A stretch of 64,000 bases of DNA. Source: Desulfatiglandales bacterium. Lineage in GTDB: Bacteria > Desulfobacterota > DSM-4660 > Desulfatiglandales > Desulfatiglandaceae. Of the stretch, positions 10,573 to 20,061 are shown piece after piece (positions within the stretch are counted from its first letter, which is position 1; the number at the start of each line of letters is the position of its first letter). The notes beneath the pieces were generated by a model, which saw nothing but the letters and a program-made list of their open reading frames with translations, had not been told where the DNA came from and did no database searches. The stretch lies in the NCBI GenBank assembly GCA_963666345.1, contig OY762721.1, positions 3,520,001-3,584,000 of the forward strand, read 5' to 3'. The position numbers and the translations under genes were made by a program.

Positions 10573-11238
10573 TTATTTCCTGAAATCCCGGATGAATCTG
10601 TCCGATGATTCTATGGAATCGTTCATACGCCTTATAAGGCCGTCTATTTTGTCCTGTAGGACTGAAAACTCCGATTTTAGAGAACCGATGGCCTGGGCAT
10701 TCAGGTTGTGTTTTAAAAAAAGGACATTATCGCGAAAGGCGGCAAGTACGGGTGCCATGCTTTTTTCCGCCCTCTTCATTTTTACAAGCATCTTTCTGTA
10801 CTGCAATCTGGTGGCATCAAGCTTTTCCCCGCTTGATTTCTTCATCTCCCGGTTCTCATAAAGGTCAAGTTCCTTCCGCCACTCTTCAAACAGGGCATCG
10901 GCAACCGATTCCACCTTGTCTATCTTTGCCGAGACCCTCTGGGCAGCATTCCTGCAGTCTTCATGCTCGGCATTAAGGGTTTCATAGGCTTTTTTCAGGT
11001 CAGTATCCCTTATCTGCACGATAGACTCAAAGCGTTCAAGTGCAGATTTGAATTGCTCCTGGGCCTGTTTCTGTGAGTCTCTTGCGCCTTCAACCCGATC
11101 GACCAGGATATCCCGTTTGTGCACGCCCGCCTTTTCCATCGCGTCGTAGTAGACCTTTGTGCAGCCGTTCAAAGAGATAAGAGAAAGAGCGTATATAGCG
11201 ATAAGTGCGAACAGCTTTCTGCTGATCTTCATAATCAA
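10573..11238 (-). CDS. DUF2959 family lipoprotein
   Basis: Lipobox LNGC, YYDAMEK.GVHKRDILVDRV, LFLKHNLNAQAI. Confidence 0.88.
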   Translation of the reverse strand: MIMKISRKLFALIAIYALSLISLNGCTKVYYDAMEKAGVHKRDILVDRVEGARDSQKQAQEQFKSALERFESIVQIRDTDLKKAYETLNAEHEDCRNAAQRVSAKIDKVESVADALFEEWRKELDLYENREMKKSSGEKLDATRLQYRKMLVKMKRAEKSMAPVLAAFRDNVLFLKHNLNAQAIGSLKSEFSVLQDKIDGLIRRMNDSIESSDRFIRDFRK

Positions 11239-11494
11239 AAAATCTCCTCTGGAATCTTTTGTTACCCGGCTATTTGTTTTTGGCTATTACCCATACCGCA
11301 TGAATTATCCCCGGCAGATACCCAAGAATGGTAAGTATTATGTTTAACCAGAAATGTTTCCCAATACCCACCTGAAGAAAGACTCCAAGGGGAGGAATCA
11401 GAACCGCGATTATGATCTTTATTATTTCCATACAACCTCCTGTGATTTAAAAACCGATTTTTTCTGAAATTTTTTGATAAAAGGTCCGCGGGTC

Positions 11495-13639
11495 TCAGAG
11501 GTTACCGTACGCATCCACTATGGACGCAAGAAACCTGTTCTCCTGTTTTGACAGGTCGGGATCAAGCGCCAGGATCTCCCGGGCCTCGCTTTTTGCCGCC
11601 TCAAGGAGTACGTGTTCCCTGAGCATCTCCGAGAAATCAAGTTCTCCGGCCCCCGCCTGCCTTGTGCCCATGAACTGCCCCTGCCCCCTTGCCTCAAGAT
11701 CCTTTGAGGCTATCTCAAAGCCGTCGTTGCTTGCCACAATCACCTTGAGCCGGGCAAGCGCCTCCTCAGAAACCCTGTCCGATCCGATAAGAAGACATAC
11801 CCCCTGTCGCGAGCCGCGTCCCACCCTGCCTCTCAGCTGATGAAGCTGGGCAAGCCCGAACCGCTCCGGGTGCTCCACCACCAGCAGTGTGGCATTCGGG
11901 GCATGAACCCCCACCTCCACCACGGTGGTTCCTACCAGAAGATCGAGCTCCGCCTTTCTGAACGCCTCCATGATCCGGTCTTTTTCCCGGCCCGGGATCC
12001 TGCCGTGGATCAGCTCCACCCTGAAGCGGGCTGAAAAAAGCCTTTTCAGGCTCTCATACATCTCAGTTGCGTTTTTGAGATCCTCTTCCTCACTTTCCTC
12101 GATCACGGGGCATACCACAAGGACCTGCTCGTTTTTCTCCATCCTGTCTCTTACCGTGTTAAAGATCTTTCTTTTTTTACCCTCATCGACAAGATGTGTG
12201 ATAACAGTCCTTCTGCCTTCAGGCATCTGTCTTATTGTGGTGATGTCCAGGTCCCCGTATATGGTCATGGCAAGGGTGCGGGGGATAGGGGTGGCGGTCA
12301 TTACAAGGAGATGCGGGTTATGCCCCTTTTTGTTCAGAAGATTTCTCTGCCTTACCCCGAAGCGGTGCTGCTCGTCTATTATGACAAGGCCGAGCCTTGA
12401 AAAGGTGACCGCCTCCTGAATGAGGGCCTGGGTGCCGATCACCAGGTTGTAGGACCCCTTTTCAATGTCCCGGTAAAGCTCAAGCCGGCTCTTTTTGTCA
12501 AGTGCGCCTGTAAGGAGCACCGGCCTGAATCCCAGTTTGGGGGAAAGCTCCGAAAAATAGGCGAAGTGCTGTCCTGCCAGGACCTGCGTGGGTGACATAA
12601 GGGCTGTCTGAAGCCCGTTTTTTGCGGCAGCGCACGCGGCCGCAGCCGCCACAACGGTCTTTCCGCAGCCCACATCCCCCTGAAGGAGCCTGCTCATGGG
12701 CGAGCCGTTTTGAAGGTCATCCATGATCTCCCTGATCGCATTTACCTGGTCCCGGGTGAATTTGAAAGGAAACGCCTTTTGAAATTCCTTCAGCAGGTCT
12801 TCGGGTATCAAAAGGGTTATGCCCTTTTTCGCCCTGCGCCTTTTTGCCATGGCGCATATCCTCAGCATGACCCCCAGGAACCTTCCGAATACGATCCTTT
12901 TGTGATAGGGGGTATCTTCGCTGATGAGCCTCTCATACGGGATGTCATCCGGCGGAAAGTGGAGTTTTTCAAGTGTTTCAAGAAACCCGGGAAGGTTGTG
13001 TCTTTCAAGGATATCCGCGGGGATCGGATCTCTTACCGCCCCCTTGAAACGATTAAGCGCCTCCCGCACGACCGAGCGCACGACATGGGCGGATATTCCT
13101 TCGATTGCCGGGTAGACCGGATAATAACCGAGAAGGGAGCCGTCATCCTGCTGCTCCTTGATATCTGAGATGTCGGGATGGGCCATCTGCCGCCTTTTAC
13201 CTGTGATCCTTACCGTGCCGTACGCCCTTATCTCAAGACCCTGCTCCGCGTAGGCGGAAAGGTGGGATTTTCTGTAGTTAAACCAGATAAGCTCGATCCT
13301 TCCGGTATCATCCTCTATGATAATCTTGAAAAGCCCCTTACCTCTCCTGAGCGGTCTTTCCTCCCTTGAGTAGACCACTTTTCCCTTGACCAGTGCCTTT
13401 TGGGTATCAGAGGTGTCTTCCATGGGGGTGATACGGCTCCTGTCTTCATATCTTGAAGGCAGGAACTCAAGGAGATCCCCTATGGAGCTTATCCCGCGCC
13501 TGTAAAAGGCCGACTCCCTTGTAGGGCCTATGCCTTTGAGGGTGTTGAGCGGTCTTGAAAGATCAGGCATATCCGGAAAGCTTACGGTGCTGTTCATGGT
13601 TTTTACTCGACTTGAAAATTTTTCCTTTGAATCCCGCAT
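11495..13639 (-). CDS. recG: ATP-dependent DNA helicase RecG
   Basis: Wedge domain, RLLQGDVGCGKT, DEQHRFG, MTATPIPRTL, QLHQLRGRVGRG. Confidence 0.97.
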   Translation of the reverse strand: MRDSKEKFSSRVKTMNSTVSFPDMPDLSRPLNTLKGIGPTRESAFYRRGISSIGDLLEFLPSRYEDRSRITPMEDTSDTQKALVKGKVVYSREERPLRRGKGLFKIIIEDDTGRIELIWFNYRKSHLSAYAEQGLEIRAYGTVRITGKRRQMAHPDISDIKEQQDDGSLLGYYPVYPAIEGISAHVVRSVVREALNRFKGAVRDPIPADILERHNLPGFLETLEKLHFPPDDIPYERLISEDTPYHKRIVFGRFLGVMLRICAMAKRRRAKKGITLLIPEDLLKEFQKAFPFKFTRDQVNAIREIMDDLQNGSPMSRLLQGDVGCGKTVVAAAAACAAAKNGLQTALMSPTQVLAGQHFAYFSELSPKLGFRPVLLTGALDKKSRLELYRDIEKGSYNLVIGTQALIQEAVTFSRLGLVIIDEQHRFGVRQRNLLNKKGHNPHLLVMTATPIPRTLAMTIYGDLDITTIRQMPEGRRTVITHLVDEGKKRKIFNTVRDRMEKNEQVLVVCPVIEESEEEDLKNATEMYESLKRLFSARFRVELIHGRIPGREKDRIMEAFRKAELDLLVGTTVVEVGVHAPNATLLVVEHPERFGLAQLHQLRGRVGRGSRQGVCLLIGSDRVSEEALARLKVIVASNDGFEIASKDLEARGQGQFMGTRQAGAGELDFSEMLREHVLLEAAKSEAREILALDPDLSKQENRFLASIVDAYGNL

Positions 13640-13730
13640 AAATCCCTTGCCTGCGGGGGTACGTTTTTAACCGGTCTTGCCGGCCGCACGAATCGGAAAA
13701 CGGCGGTTTATGCATTTGCACTAAGTAGAA

Positions 13731-13892
13731 TATAGGAAAGGATTCAAGTATTCAAGAGGGCTTGCGCTTATGCGTGCCTGTCTCATCGAGGGAAAGGTGG
13801 AAGAGGACTTTGGCGTAGTTAACATGACGGTCAACTGGATAGGGCCTCTTGACAGGATCGTGAGGCACCGACCTGTCAGCCGTGCCGTATAA
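13731..13892 (+). pseudogene. Probable fragment of the C-terminal OB-fold of a DNA polymerase III alpha (DnaE/DnaE2-type) gene
   Basis: Manual translation ...CLIEGKVEEDFGVVNMTVNWIGPLD resembles DnaE-family C-termini; no upstream body is present. Confidence 0.5.
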
Positions 13893-14065
13893 GGGTCCCA
13901 AGACACCTTGCGATAAGACTGATACTTTTTGCCGCCCTTTGCTTTCACTTTTACTTATGTCATGAAATTCGATTCTTTAGCCCTTTTATATCAATTACTT
14001 CAAAAATATTTTTCAAAAATGTTTTATATTTATTTTTATGGTCTAAATACGTTTTATCAAAAGAT

Positions 14066-14632
14066 ACGCTGAAGACCACGGGCGTAAGCCCGTGGATGAA
14101 AGCGTTTTTTGAAAGTAGCTCAGAAATATAAATGATATTGGAATTATGATAAGCTAATGTAATGGAGATAAGATTAAGTGGTCACGGAGCATACCATCAC
14201 CAATATCATGTTGTATGGATCCCCAAGTATCGTAAAAAGGTACTGAAAGGTGAATTAAAAGAGTTTGTTGAAAAACATCTTTTTGATATCCAAGGCTATC
14301 ATCCTGATGTTGAGATAAAGAATTATAGTATTCAAAAAGATCATATTCACTTGGTAATAATCATTCCCCCCAGATATTCAGTTTCTGGTGTGGTTGGTAA
14401 GATAAAGGCCAATACAAGCAGACAGATTCGTAAAGAATTTGACTGGGTAAAAGATATATACTGGCGTAATGAGTTTTGGTCCCCTGGATTTTTCTCATTT
14501 ACAGTTGGAATCAATGAAGAGGTGATAAGAAAGTATATAGAATATCAAGAAAAGGCCAATAAGGGCCAAGTTCAACTAAGTTTAGATCTAAAGCCATAAA
14601 GTGCCACGGGCGTAAGCCCGTGGGTATCTACT
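14066..14632 (+). mobile_element. IS200/IS605-family element carrying tnpA only
   Basis: Identical hairpin CCACGGGC-GTAA-GCCCGTGG at 14076-14095 and 14604-14623 flanking tnpA; exact ends approximate. Confidence 0.88.
14162..14599 (+). CDS. tnpA: IS200/IS605 Y1 transposase
   Basis: YHVVWIPKYR, HUH motif DHIH, FWSPGFF, catalytic YIEYQ. Confidence 0.95.
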   Translation: MEIRLSGHGAYHHQYHVVWIPKYRKKVLKGELKEFVEKHLFDIQGYHPDVEIKNYSIQKDHIHLVIIIPPRYSVSGVVGKIKANTSRQIRKEFDWVKDIYWRNEFWSPGFFSFTVGINEEVIRKYIEYQEKANKGQVQLSLDLKP

Positions 14633-14635
14633 TCT

Positions 14636-14809
14636 ATGCTTAAAATTATTCCAAGACATGTTTTTTCAACCCTTGAAAGACAGCACGGCACAGGCGGAAA
14701 ACCCCGCTCCTTTAGCCGATGGAATCAATTCGCCCATCTGATGTTTATGCAGCTGACCTCCAGAGTGCGCCTCAGAGACGGTATCCAAAGCTTGGTGGGC
14801 AAAATCTAA
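14636..14809 (+). pseudogene. IS4-family transposase N-terminal (DUF4372-like) fragment
   Basis: Manual translation MLKIIPRHVFSTLERQHGTGGKPRSFSRWNQFAHLMFMQLTSRVRLRDGIQSL, then a stop; no DDE domain follows. Confidence 0.7.
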
Positions 14810-14882
14810 AAGTGCAGGCCTATGGAAAACCGAAAACCCTATACCGCCATGGAAGTGGCGCAAGAACGGGGAATAAGCACAT

Positions 14883-14947
14883 GCAACATAAGGTTTGCAC
14901 GGGATCGCGGCAGACCCACCGCTCCCCGTGAAACCTGCCGATAGGGC
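14883..14947 (+). repeat. Degenerate attC-like imperfect palindrome
   Basis: AGGTTT(G)CACGGG..GCGG / CCGC..CCCGTGAAACCT stem with an unpaired base, AAC upstream, GATAGGG in place of GTTRRRY. Confidence 0.45.
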
Positions 14948-15064
14948 CGACGCTGCGCGCGACCCTATCGGGGCGGGGCTATGAATAGTCCGCGCGTCCT
15001 ATCCAGCGGTCGGAGACGACAATCCCGTGGACAAGCAAGCTTGCCCGTTGGCCTTAAGATGATC

Positions 15065-15103
15065 TTGACAAAATGACCTCTTATATGTACATTATGGTGT
15101 ACA
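15065..15103 (+). promoter_or_regulatory. Sigma70 promoter with tandem TGTACA operator of the TA operon
   Basis: TTGACA (15065), 17-bp spacer, TACATT (15088); TGTACA at 15086 and 15098. Confidence 0.75.
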
Positions 15104-15128
15104 TTACGAATGATTCGGAGGTGTTCCT

Positions 15129-15362
15129 ATGAAAACAGTTACTTTTACAGATTTTCGTAAAAAGGCATCAGGCTTTATAGCTGAGGTAGAACATGGGGAA
15201 ACAATTATCCTTTTGCGCCGTGGAAAGCCCGTTGCGGAAGTAATCCCGTTTTCTGACAGGCTGCAAGAAATACCAGCCTGGAAAAAGCCTGGTATTCGCT
15301 TAAAGTTGCAGGGAAGCGATCTGTCGTCCGCCATTTTGGAAGAACGAGAAGCGGCGGCATGA
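15129..15362 (+). CDS. Phd/YefM family antitoxin
   Basis: TVTFTDFRKKASGFIAEVEHGETIILLRRGKPVA. Confidence 0.9.
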   Translation: MKTVTFTDFRKKASGFIAEVEHGETIILLRRGKPVAEVIPFSDRLQEIPAWKKPGIRLKLQGSDLSSAILEEREAAA

Positions 15363-15787
15363 AATTATTAGTTGATTCATCGGCATTTGCGAAAAGGTAT
15401 GTACAAGAACACGGCAGTGAAGATATGGAATCTCTTCTGCAACGTGCTTCAGAGTTAGCGGTTTGTATAATTTTGGTGCCCGAAATTATCTCCGGACTTA
15501 ACCGAAGACTGAGAGAGCAAATTTTATCGACTAATGACTACCGGAAGTTAAAAAATCAACTTTTAGAAGATGTCCATGATGCGACTGTGATTCAGATAAC
15601 GCCATCAGTAATTTCTCATTCAGTGAAGCTTTTAGAAAATAATGTCTTACGAGCGATGGATTCCTTCCATGTGGCTTGCGCATTAGAATGGCAGGCAGAT
15701 CTTTTTATAACATCAGACAAAAGACAATTAACAGCTGCAAAAAATGCCGGGCTTCTGACTGAATTCATAGGTCAACAAGACGCTTGA
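15359..15787 (+). CDS. vapC: PIN-domain VapC toxin
   Basis: LVDSSAFAKRY.E, LRAMDSFHVACA, FITSDKRQ; ATGA overlap with the antitoxin. Confidence 0.9.
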   Translation: MKLLVDSSAFAKRYVQEHGSEDMESLLQRASELAVCIILVPEIISGLNRRLREQILSTNDYRKLKNQLLEDVHDATVIQITPSVISHSVKLLENNVLRAMDSFHVACALEWQADLFITSDKRQLTAAKNAGLLTEFIGQQDA

Positions 15788-16069
15788 GCGGACTGGCTAT
15801 TGAGATGACGTGCCGAATCAGTGAATTTGGGGTCGGTCTGAGATAACTCCATGAAATGACTTATAAAGAAGTCTGAAAAGGGCCAAAAATAAGGTCTATA
15901 TCGCCATTTTTTGATGCCGAAAAAGGCATTATAGGTTTGTCGCGGGGAACCACCGCTGTTTGCCACAAAAAAAGGGTTTAAGTCTGCTCTCGACCGTTGA
16001 AATTAAAATGAGGTACCGCAAAATCCATTACAGTGCGGTAAGCGGTATCATTGAAAGGGTGAAACAAAC

Positions 16070-16624
16070 TTAGATCATTTCCAAAAGAGTTGGTCTAAAT
16101 GAAGGTTTCGAGTGGTCAAGGGGCCGCGGGTTCGAGTGAAAAGCTTAAAGATCATAGGCAGCTAAACGTTAGACAAAAATCGCATACACCTTGTTTGCAT
16201 ATGTATGAAGGAGTTAAACGTTTTTTTAAAGATGAGCAATACTATTTTACCTCCCTAATCAGAAGATCCGCTGTTTTCATATCAAGGGACACCGCCCAAG
16301 GGTATGGGAGAAAAACGGCTATAGAGTATGCGCGATTTCTCTATATTGCATATGGTTCAGTCTGTGAATTGGAAACCCGGGACATAACATCAGCTGAGCT
16401 GGGTTATTTAAAAGAAAAAAGGCTTTGAAAATTAAGAAGAAAAACAGGGTATGTCGGGGCAATGTTCAAAGAAATGATCAAATCCCTGGAAAGAAAACCC
16501 TTGAAACCGGGAACCCGCCCTGAGCTGGCCGAAGGGTGGGACTGCGCGAAGCGTAAGCGAAGCAAAGAATCCTTGAATCCTTGGGTCCTTGGCCACTCTT
16601 CGACAACTAAGTTGGAGAAAAACC
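16070..16624 (+). mobile_element. Inverted-repeat-bounded cassette carrying a four-helix-bundle pseudogene
   Basis: Imperfect terminal IRs at 16072-16093 and 16603-16624; the joined flanks match the uninterrupted copy at 18472-18590. Confidence 0.6.
16140..16510 (+). pseudogene. Four-helix-bundle protein (23S rRNA IVP/bAvd-like), degenerate
   Basis: TSLIRRSA....AQGYGRKT..Y.RFLYIAYGSVCELET; premature stop at 16428 with the frame continuing as MIKSLERKP. Confidence 0.8.
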
Positions 16625-16735
16625 AAAAATAATAATATGGGGCAAATAATTTGATATGTAAAAGGAAGAATTCGCCAAAAATATTGACAAAAATCAAAGG
16701 CAGACTTGACTTCCAAAAAGAATAGAGAGGAAAAA

Positions 16736-17023
16736 ATGAATGCTGGTGTAATCGGAGGAATTATTGGCGGCATTATTGGTGTTATCGGAGGGGTTATCGG
16801 AACCTATTTCAGTATCAAAAATACAAATGGGCCCAAAGAACGGGCCTTCATGATAAAAGCTTCGGGGATATTCTGGGTTCTCGGTATAATTTTCATAACT
16901 CTTCTTTTTCTTCTCCCATCTCCATATAAATGGTTTATATGGCTTCCGTATGGTATTTTATTTCCAATAAGTATTCGTTTTGTAAACAGGAAACTGGAGC
17001 AAATAAAGCGAGATGAGTCATGA
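16736..17023 (+). CDS. Small membrane protein
   Basis: Gly-rich GGIIG TM segment plus two more TM helices; GAGAGG RBS. Confidence 0.7.
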   Translation: MNAGVIGGIIGGIIGVIGGVIGTYFSIKNTNGPKERAFMIKASGIFWVLGIIFITLLFLLPSPYKWFIWLPYGILFPISIRFVNRKLEQIKRDES

Positions 17024-17432
17024 TGCAGCAGGTATTTCTGTGAAGGGAAAAATGATTGACCGGCAGGCATTTATTGAATTCTGGCAGAAACGATATAATC
17101 CCAGAATGACTTTTTTATTTTTGGTTGTATATGTTGCTGGGATCATATGCTGTTTTTTACCTGCAACGAAAAAGATGAATGAGCATCCTGTTTTCACGGT
17201 TGCATGGTTTGTCCTCTTCTTCGCGTACTTACTTGGGATGCCGTTCCTCTGGAACAGGATTTGGTACGGGAGGCCGAATCCACAATTTTTAAAGTGTCCG
17301 GTTTGCAAAAGACCCCTTGGGCGCATCAGGCAGCTTGTTATCGCCACCGGTAAGTGTGGTCATTGCGGAAATCAAATATTAACAGGCTGCGAAGACGCTT
17401 CACCGGACGACGATTCCGGCCTGCTCCATTGA
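17013..17432 (+). CDS. Hypothetical 2-TM protein with zinc ribbon
   Basis: Two TM helices followed by CPVC...CGHC. Confidence 0.6.
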   Translation: MSHDAAGISVKGKMIDRQAFIEFWQKRYNPRMTFLFLVVYVAGIICCFLPATKKMNEHPVFTVAWFVLFFAYLLGMPFLWNRIWYGRPNPQFLKCPVCKRPLGRIRQLVIATGKCGHCGNQILTGCEDASPDDDSGLLH

Positions 17433-17459
17433 CGACGTTGAGCTTAAGCTTTATGGCTC
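17385..17459 (+). repeat. Degenerate attC-like site
   Basis: ACGCTTCACCGGACGACGATT...ATTGACGACGTTGAGCT...CTTTATGGC imperfect palindrome overlapping the ORF end. Confidence 0.45.
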
Positions 17460-17485
17460 GAATATTGTTCCTTGGCAACTCAATG

Positions 17486-17517
17486 AAAAAGGGGCCACCC
17501 ATTGATGGGTGCCCCCC
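17486..17517 (-). terminator. Rho-independent terminator-like hairpin
   Basis: CACCCAT/ATGGGTG stem with GC extension; T-tract on the minus strand. Confidence 0.5.
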
Positions 17518-17625
17518 CAAGATCCTCCCAAATAAAGATTCGAGGTTGTTTCCAAACCCATAAGCAGTAAGCTTTGCAGCCTATTATGCCGAAAAAATCG
17601 GTGCTCAACTCCGCATTGAAAATCA

Positions 17626-18321
17626 ATGTCTTGGTCATCCGAGAACTTGAAACAGAGGAGGGCAACTGAATTGTATATCCTGATTCTAATTCTGTTGGTT
17701 AGCCCGTTTTATCTGAACGATTTTGCGAGTATCTTTATCAAAGACTGGCACCTGTGGTTGATTATCGACTATGTCGGGGTGAAGCTTTTTCCTTTTGTGG
17801 TCACGCTGTGGTTGGTCCGAACCAAGAAAATGCGACCGCCCGAGTTCGGGCTCACCACCCAAAGCATGCCGTCATTTTTTGTCGTTTTCCTGCTTGTGGC
17901 ACTTGTCGGCACGGTAATAGACCAAAATGGGTATCAGTTAATAAAAAAACTTCCGGGCTACTCGCCGCTTGGCGGCATGCCGGCGATTACGAGCCCTGCC
18001 TGGAACTGGATAGACCTTACGTTCGGACTATTGGTGGTGGGAATATTCGAAGAACTCATTTTTCGCGGCTTTATGCACACATTCATCAGCAGGTACACCG
18101 AGAATTCGTTTGCCATAGTCGCGATTTCTTCGGTTGCTTTCGGTCTTATCCACTGGAGCCTAGGCCTGCACGCCATACTGATCACATCGATTATCGGAGC
18201 AGTTTTCATGACTGTATACCTGGAAACTCGGTCTCTACCGGCCATTATGTTCGCGCATTTTGCAATCAACTTTATCAATTTTGCCGGTATTGTTCCCAAA
18301 TCGATATTTAAATTGGTTTGA
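17626..18321 (+). CDS. CPBP (CAAX/Abi) intramembrane metalloprotease
   Basis: EELIFRG, FGLIH, HFAIN motifs. Confidence 0.9.
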   Translation: MSWSSENLKQRRATELYILILILLVSPFYLNDFASIFIKDWHLWLIIDYVGVKLFPFVVTLWLVRTKKMRPPEFGLTTQSMPSFFVVFLLVALVGTVIDQNGYQLIKKLPGYSPLGGMPAITSPAWNWIDLTFGLLVVGIFEELIFRGFMHTFISRYTENSFAIVAISSVAFGLIHWSLGLHAILITSIIGAVFMTVYLETRSLPAIMFAHFAINFINFAGIVPKSIFKLV

Positions 18322-18630
18322 GACAGGCAAAAAAGATTGTGAAGGGCATCGGGGGGGGCTTGAAACTTGAATTATCTCGATAGAAGGGGGCAGGACTGCT
18401 GTTGATTCTTACCTGAAGGGGCTCAGCGTGATCTTTGTTTGAAGTTAATATAATTGACCGCAGCCTTAGACCCATTCCAGTGCGGTAAGCGGTATCATCG
18501 AAAGGGTAAAACAAAAAATAATAACGGACAAATATTTTGATATATAAGAAAGAATTAGCCAAAATATCGGCAAGAAGTCTAGGGCAGACCTGCCCCCAAA
18601 CAGTCACCTTTTTTATCAGCCCGCCCTTTT

Positions 18631-20031
18631 TCATTCATCAACCAAAGCAACGCCGGCCCTTTTGTGCTCGTCTGAACCCCGCAGTTTCCATCGGGCAAAC
18701 AGGCACAAAGTGATAAATGACAAAAGGAAATACCACGGAAAAAATGAAATTGATTTTATAAAGAGAAGATTTTCCAGGCTCTGTCCGTCAAGATTGAGCT
18801 GGTTTCCTGAAGCATGCGACCTCAAAGTCGCCAGCAGCAAAGAATATAACAACCCTATAAGCCCGTAAGCCAGGTTGAGTGAGAGCCCGTTGAAGCTCAA
18901 CACGGTGGCCCGCTGACTCGAATGCGTAACCCTGTTCAAATAGTAGCTTGAAAAAAAACGCAAGAGATACATGCCGCTAAAAAGCAGCAATATTGGAAAA
19001 AGTCCGATAACGGGCAGAAAAAAAGTCATCACAATAAGCCCGAGGAGAGTAAGGACGAACATGACGCCCAAATTGGATGCAGGAGAATGACGTTCTGCCA
19101 GTTTCCGGGCAATATGCGGGATGAAAATCCCAAAAACCGCCATCCCGGACCCTATTAACCCGAAGGTGGCCTCCGGCAGGTGGATGAGACGGTAATACTG
19201 ACTGTTCAGGGTTATAACCATCCTGATGCTGTTATCAAAGACGAGGGTTGAAAGAATGATAACCAGGACAAATGGTGTGGTCAATATCCATCGGCCTGCC
19301 TTAAATGTCAGTTTGAAGGATTGGATAATCGCATTCCCTCGCCCTTGTTCCATCTCAATTTCAGCATCATCTGCATCGCAAACATCCTTCATCCTGAGCG
19401 TGGTTATGAGCGTCATTACGGCCATCAGCAGGGTGAGGAAAAGTGGGAAGCGCAGCGTAAGGTCTTGTGTAAACCGGATATTCAATCCCAGCCAATGCCC
19501 GACCCGCCCCATCAAGGCCGGGTCGTATACGGCAGCCCCCAGGCTCAAGGCCCCGATATAGGCAATCGATTGCAGGCGCATTTGTTTTTCCAAGACCGCG
19601 CCCCAGTCACTGACATGCCCCTCTTTCTTGAGGGAATCATAGGCGATAGCTTCGTCGGCACCGCTTGCGGCAGCTTCCGCAGCCCCGCTCAGAACTCTGT
19701 TTACCAGAAATATCGCAAACAGCAGCTTGGGTTTACCCATGGGGGCGAAACAGAGAAGCGCAATTTCCACAACCATGAGCGCGGCCGCACACACCAGAAG
19801 ATTGCGCCGGCCGATCGTGTCTGCAAGAGCCCCTGAAGGAACCTCCAGCACTACTATGGCCGCGGCCCACGCCACATTCAACAAGGCAAATTGCTGCAGG
19901 GTCAACCCGAAGTCCAGAAACAGGATAGTGAATACGGGATAATAGAATCGGGCGTTAAAAAACACCCGAAAGGCAATGAAATAACGTACGTTGCATATTT
20001 TAAACGGAGATTTGGTATTCAGGTCGTTCAT
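18631..20031 (-). CDS. MFS transporter
   Basis: LEVPSGALADTIGRR, SGADEAIAYDSL, about 12 TM helices. Confidence 0.9.
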   Translation of the reverse strand: MNDLNTKSPFKICNVRYFIAFRVFFNARFYYPVFTILFLDFGLTLQQFALLNVAWAAAIVVLEVPSGALADTIGRRNLLVCAAALMVVEIALLCFAPMGKPKLLFAIFLVNRVLSGAAEAAASGADEAIAYDSLKKEGHVSDWGAVLEKQMRLQSIAYIGALSLGAAVYDPALMGRVGHWLGLNIRFTQDLTLRFPLFLTLLMAVMTLITTLRMKDVCDADDAEIEMEQGRGNAIIQSFKLTFKAGRWILTTPFVLVIILSTLVFDNSIRMVITLNSQYYRLIHLPEATFGLIGSGMAVFGIFIPHIARKLAERHSPASNLGVMFVLTLLGLIVMTFFLPVIGLFPILLLFSGMYLLRFFSSYYLNRVTHSSQRATVLSFNGLSLNLAYGLIGLLYSLLLATLRSHASGNQLNLDGQSLENLLFIKSISFFPWYFLLSFITLCLFARWKLRGSDEHKRAGVALVDE

Positions 20032-20061
20032 GGCAGCTTTTCGAGGATGGCCTGCGTCATA

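Noticed and set aside
14666..14931. ORFs 14666-14863(-) and 14719-14931(+), and a tnpB/omega-RNA remnant
   Set aside because: Better explained as shadow frames of the IS4 fragment
16099..16510. Diversity-generating retroelement suggested by the Avd-like gene
   Set aside because: No reverse transcriptase and no TR/VR pair with adenine-specific differences in the window
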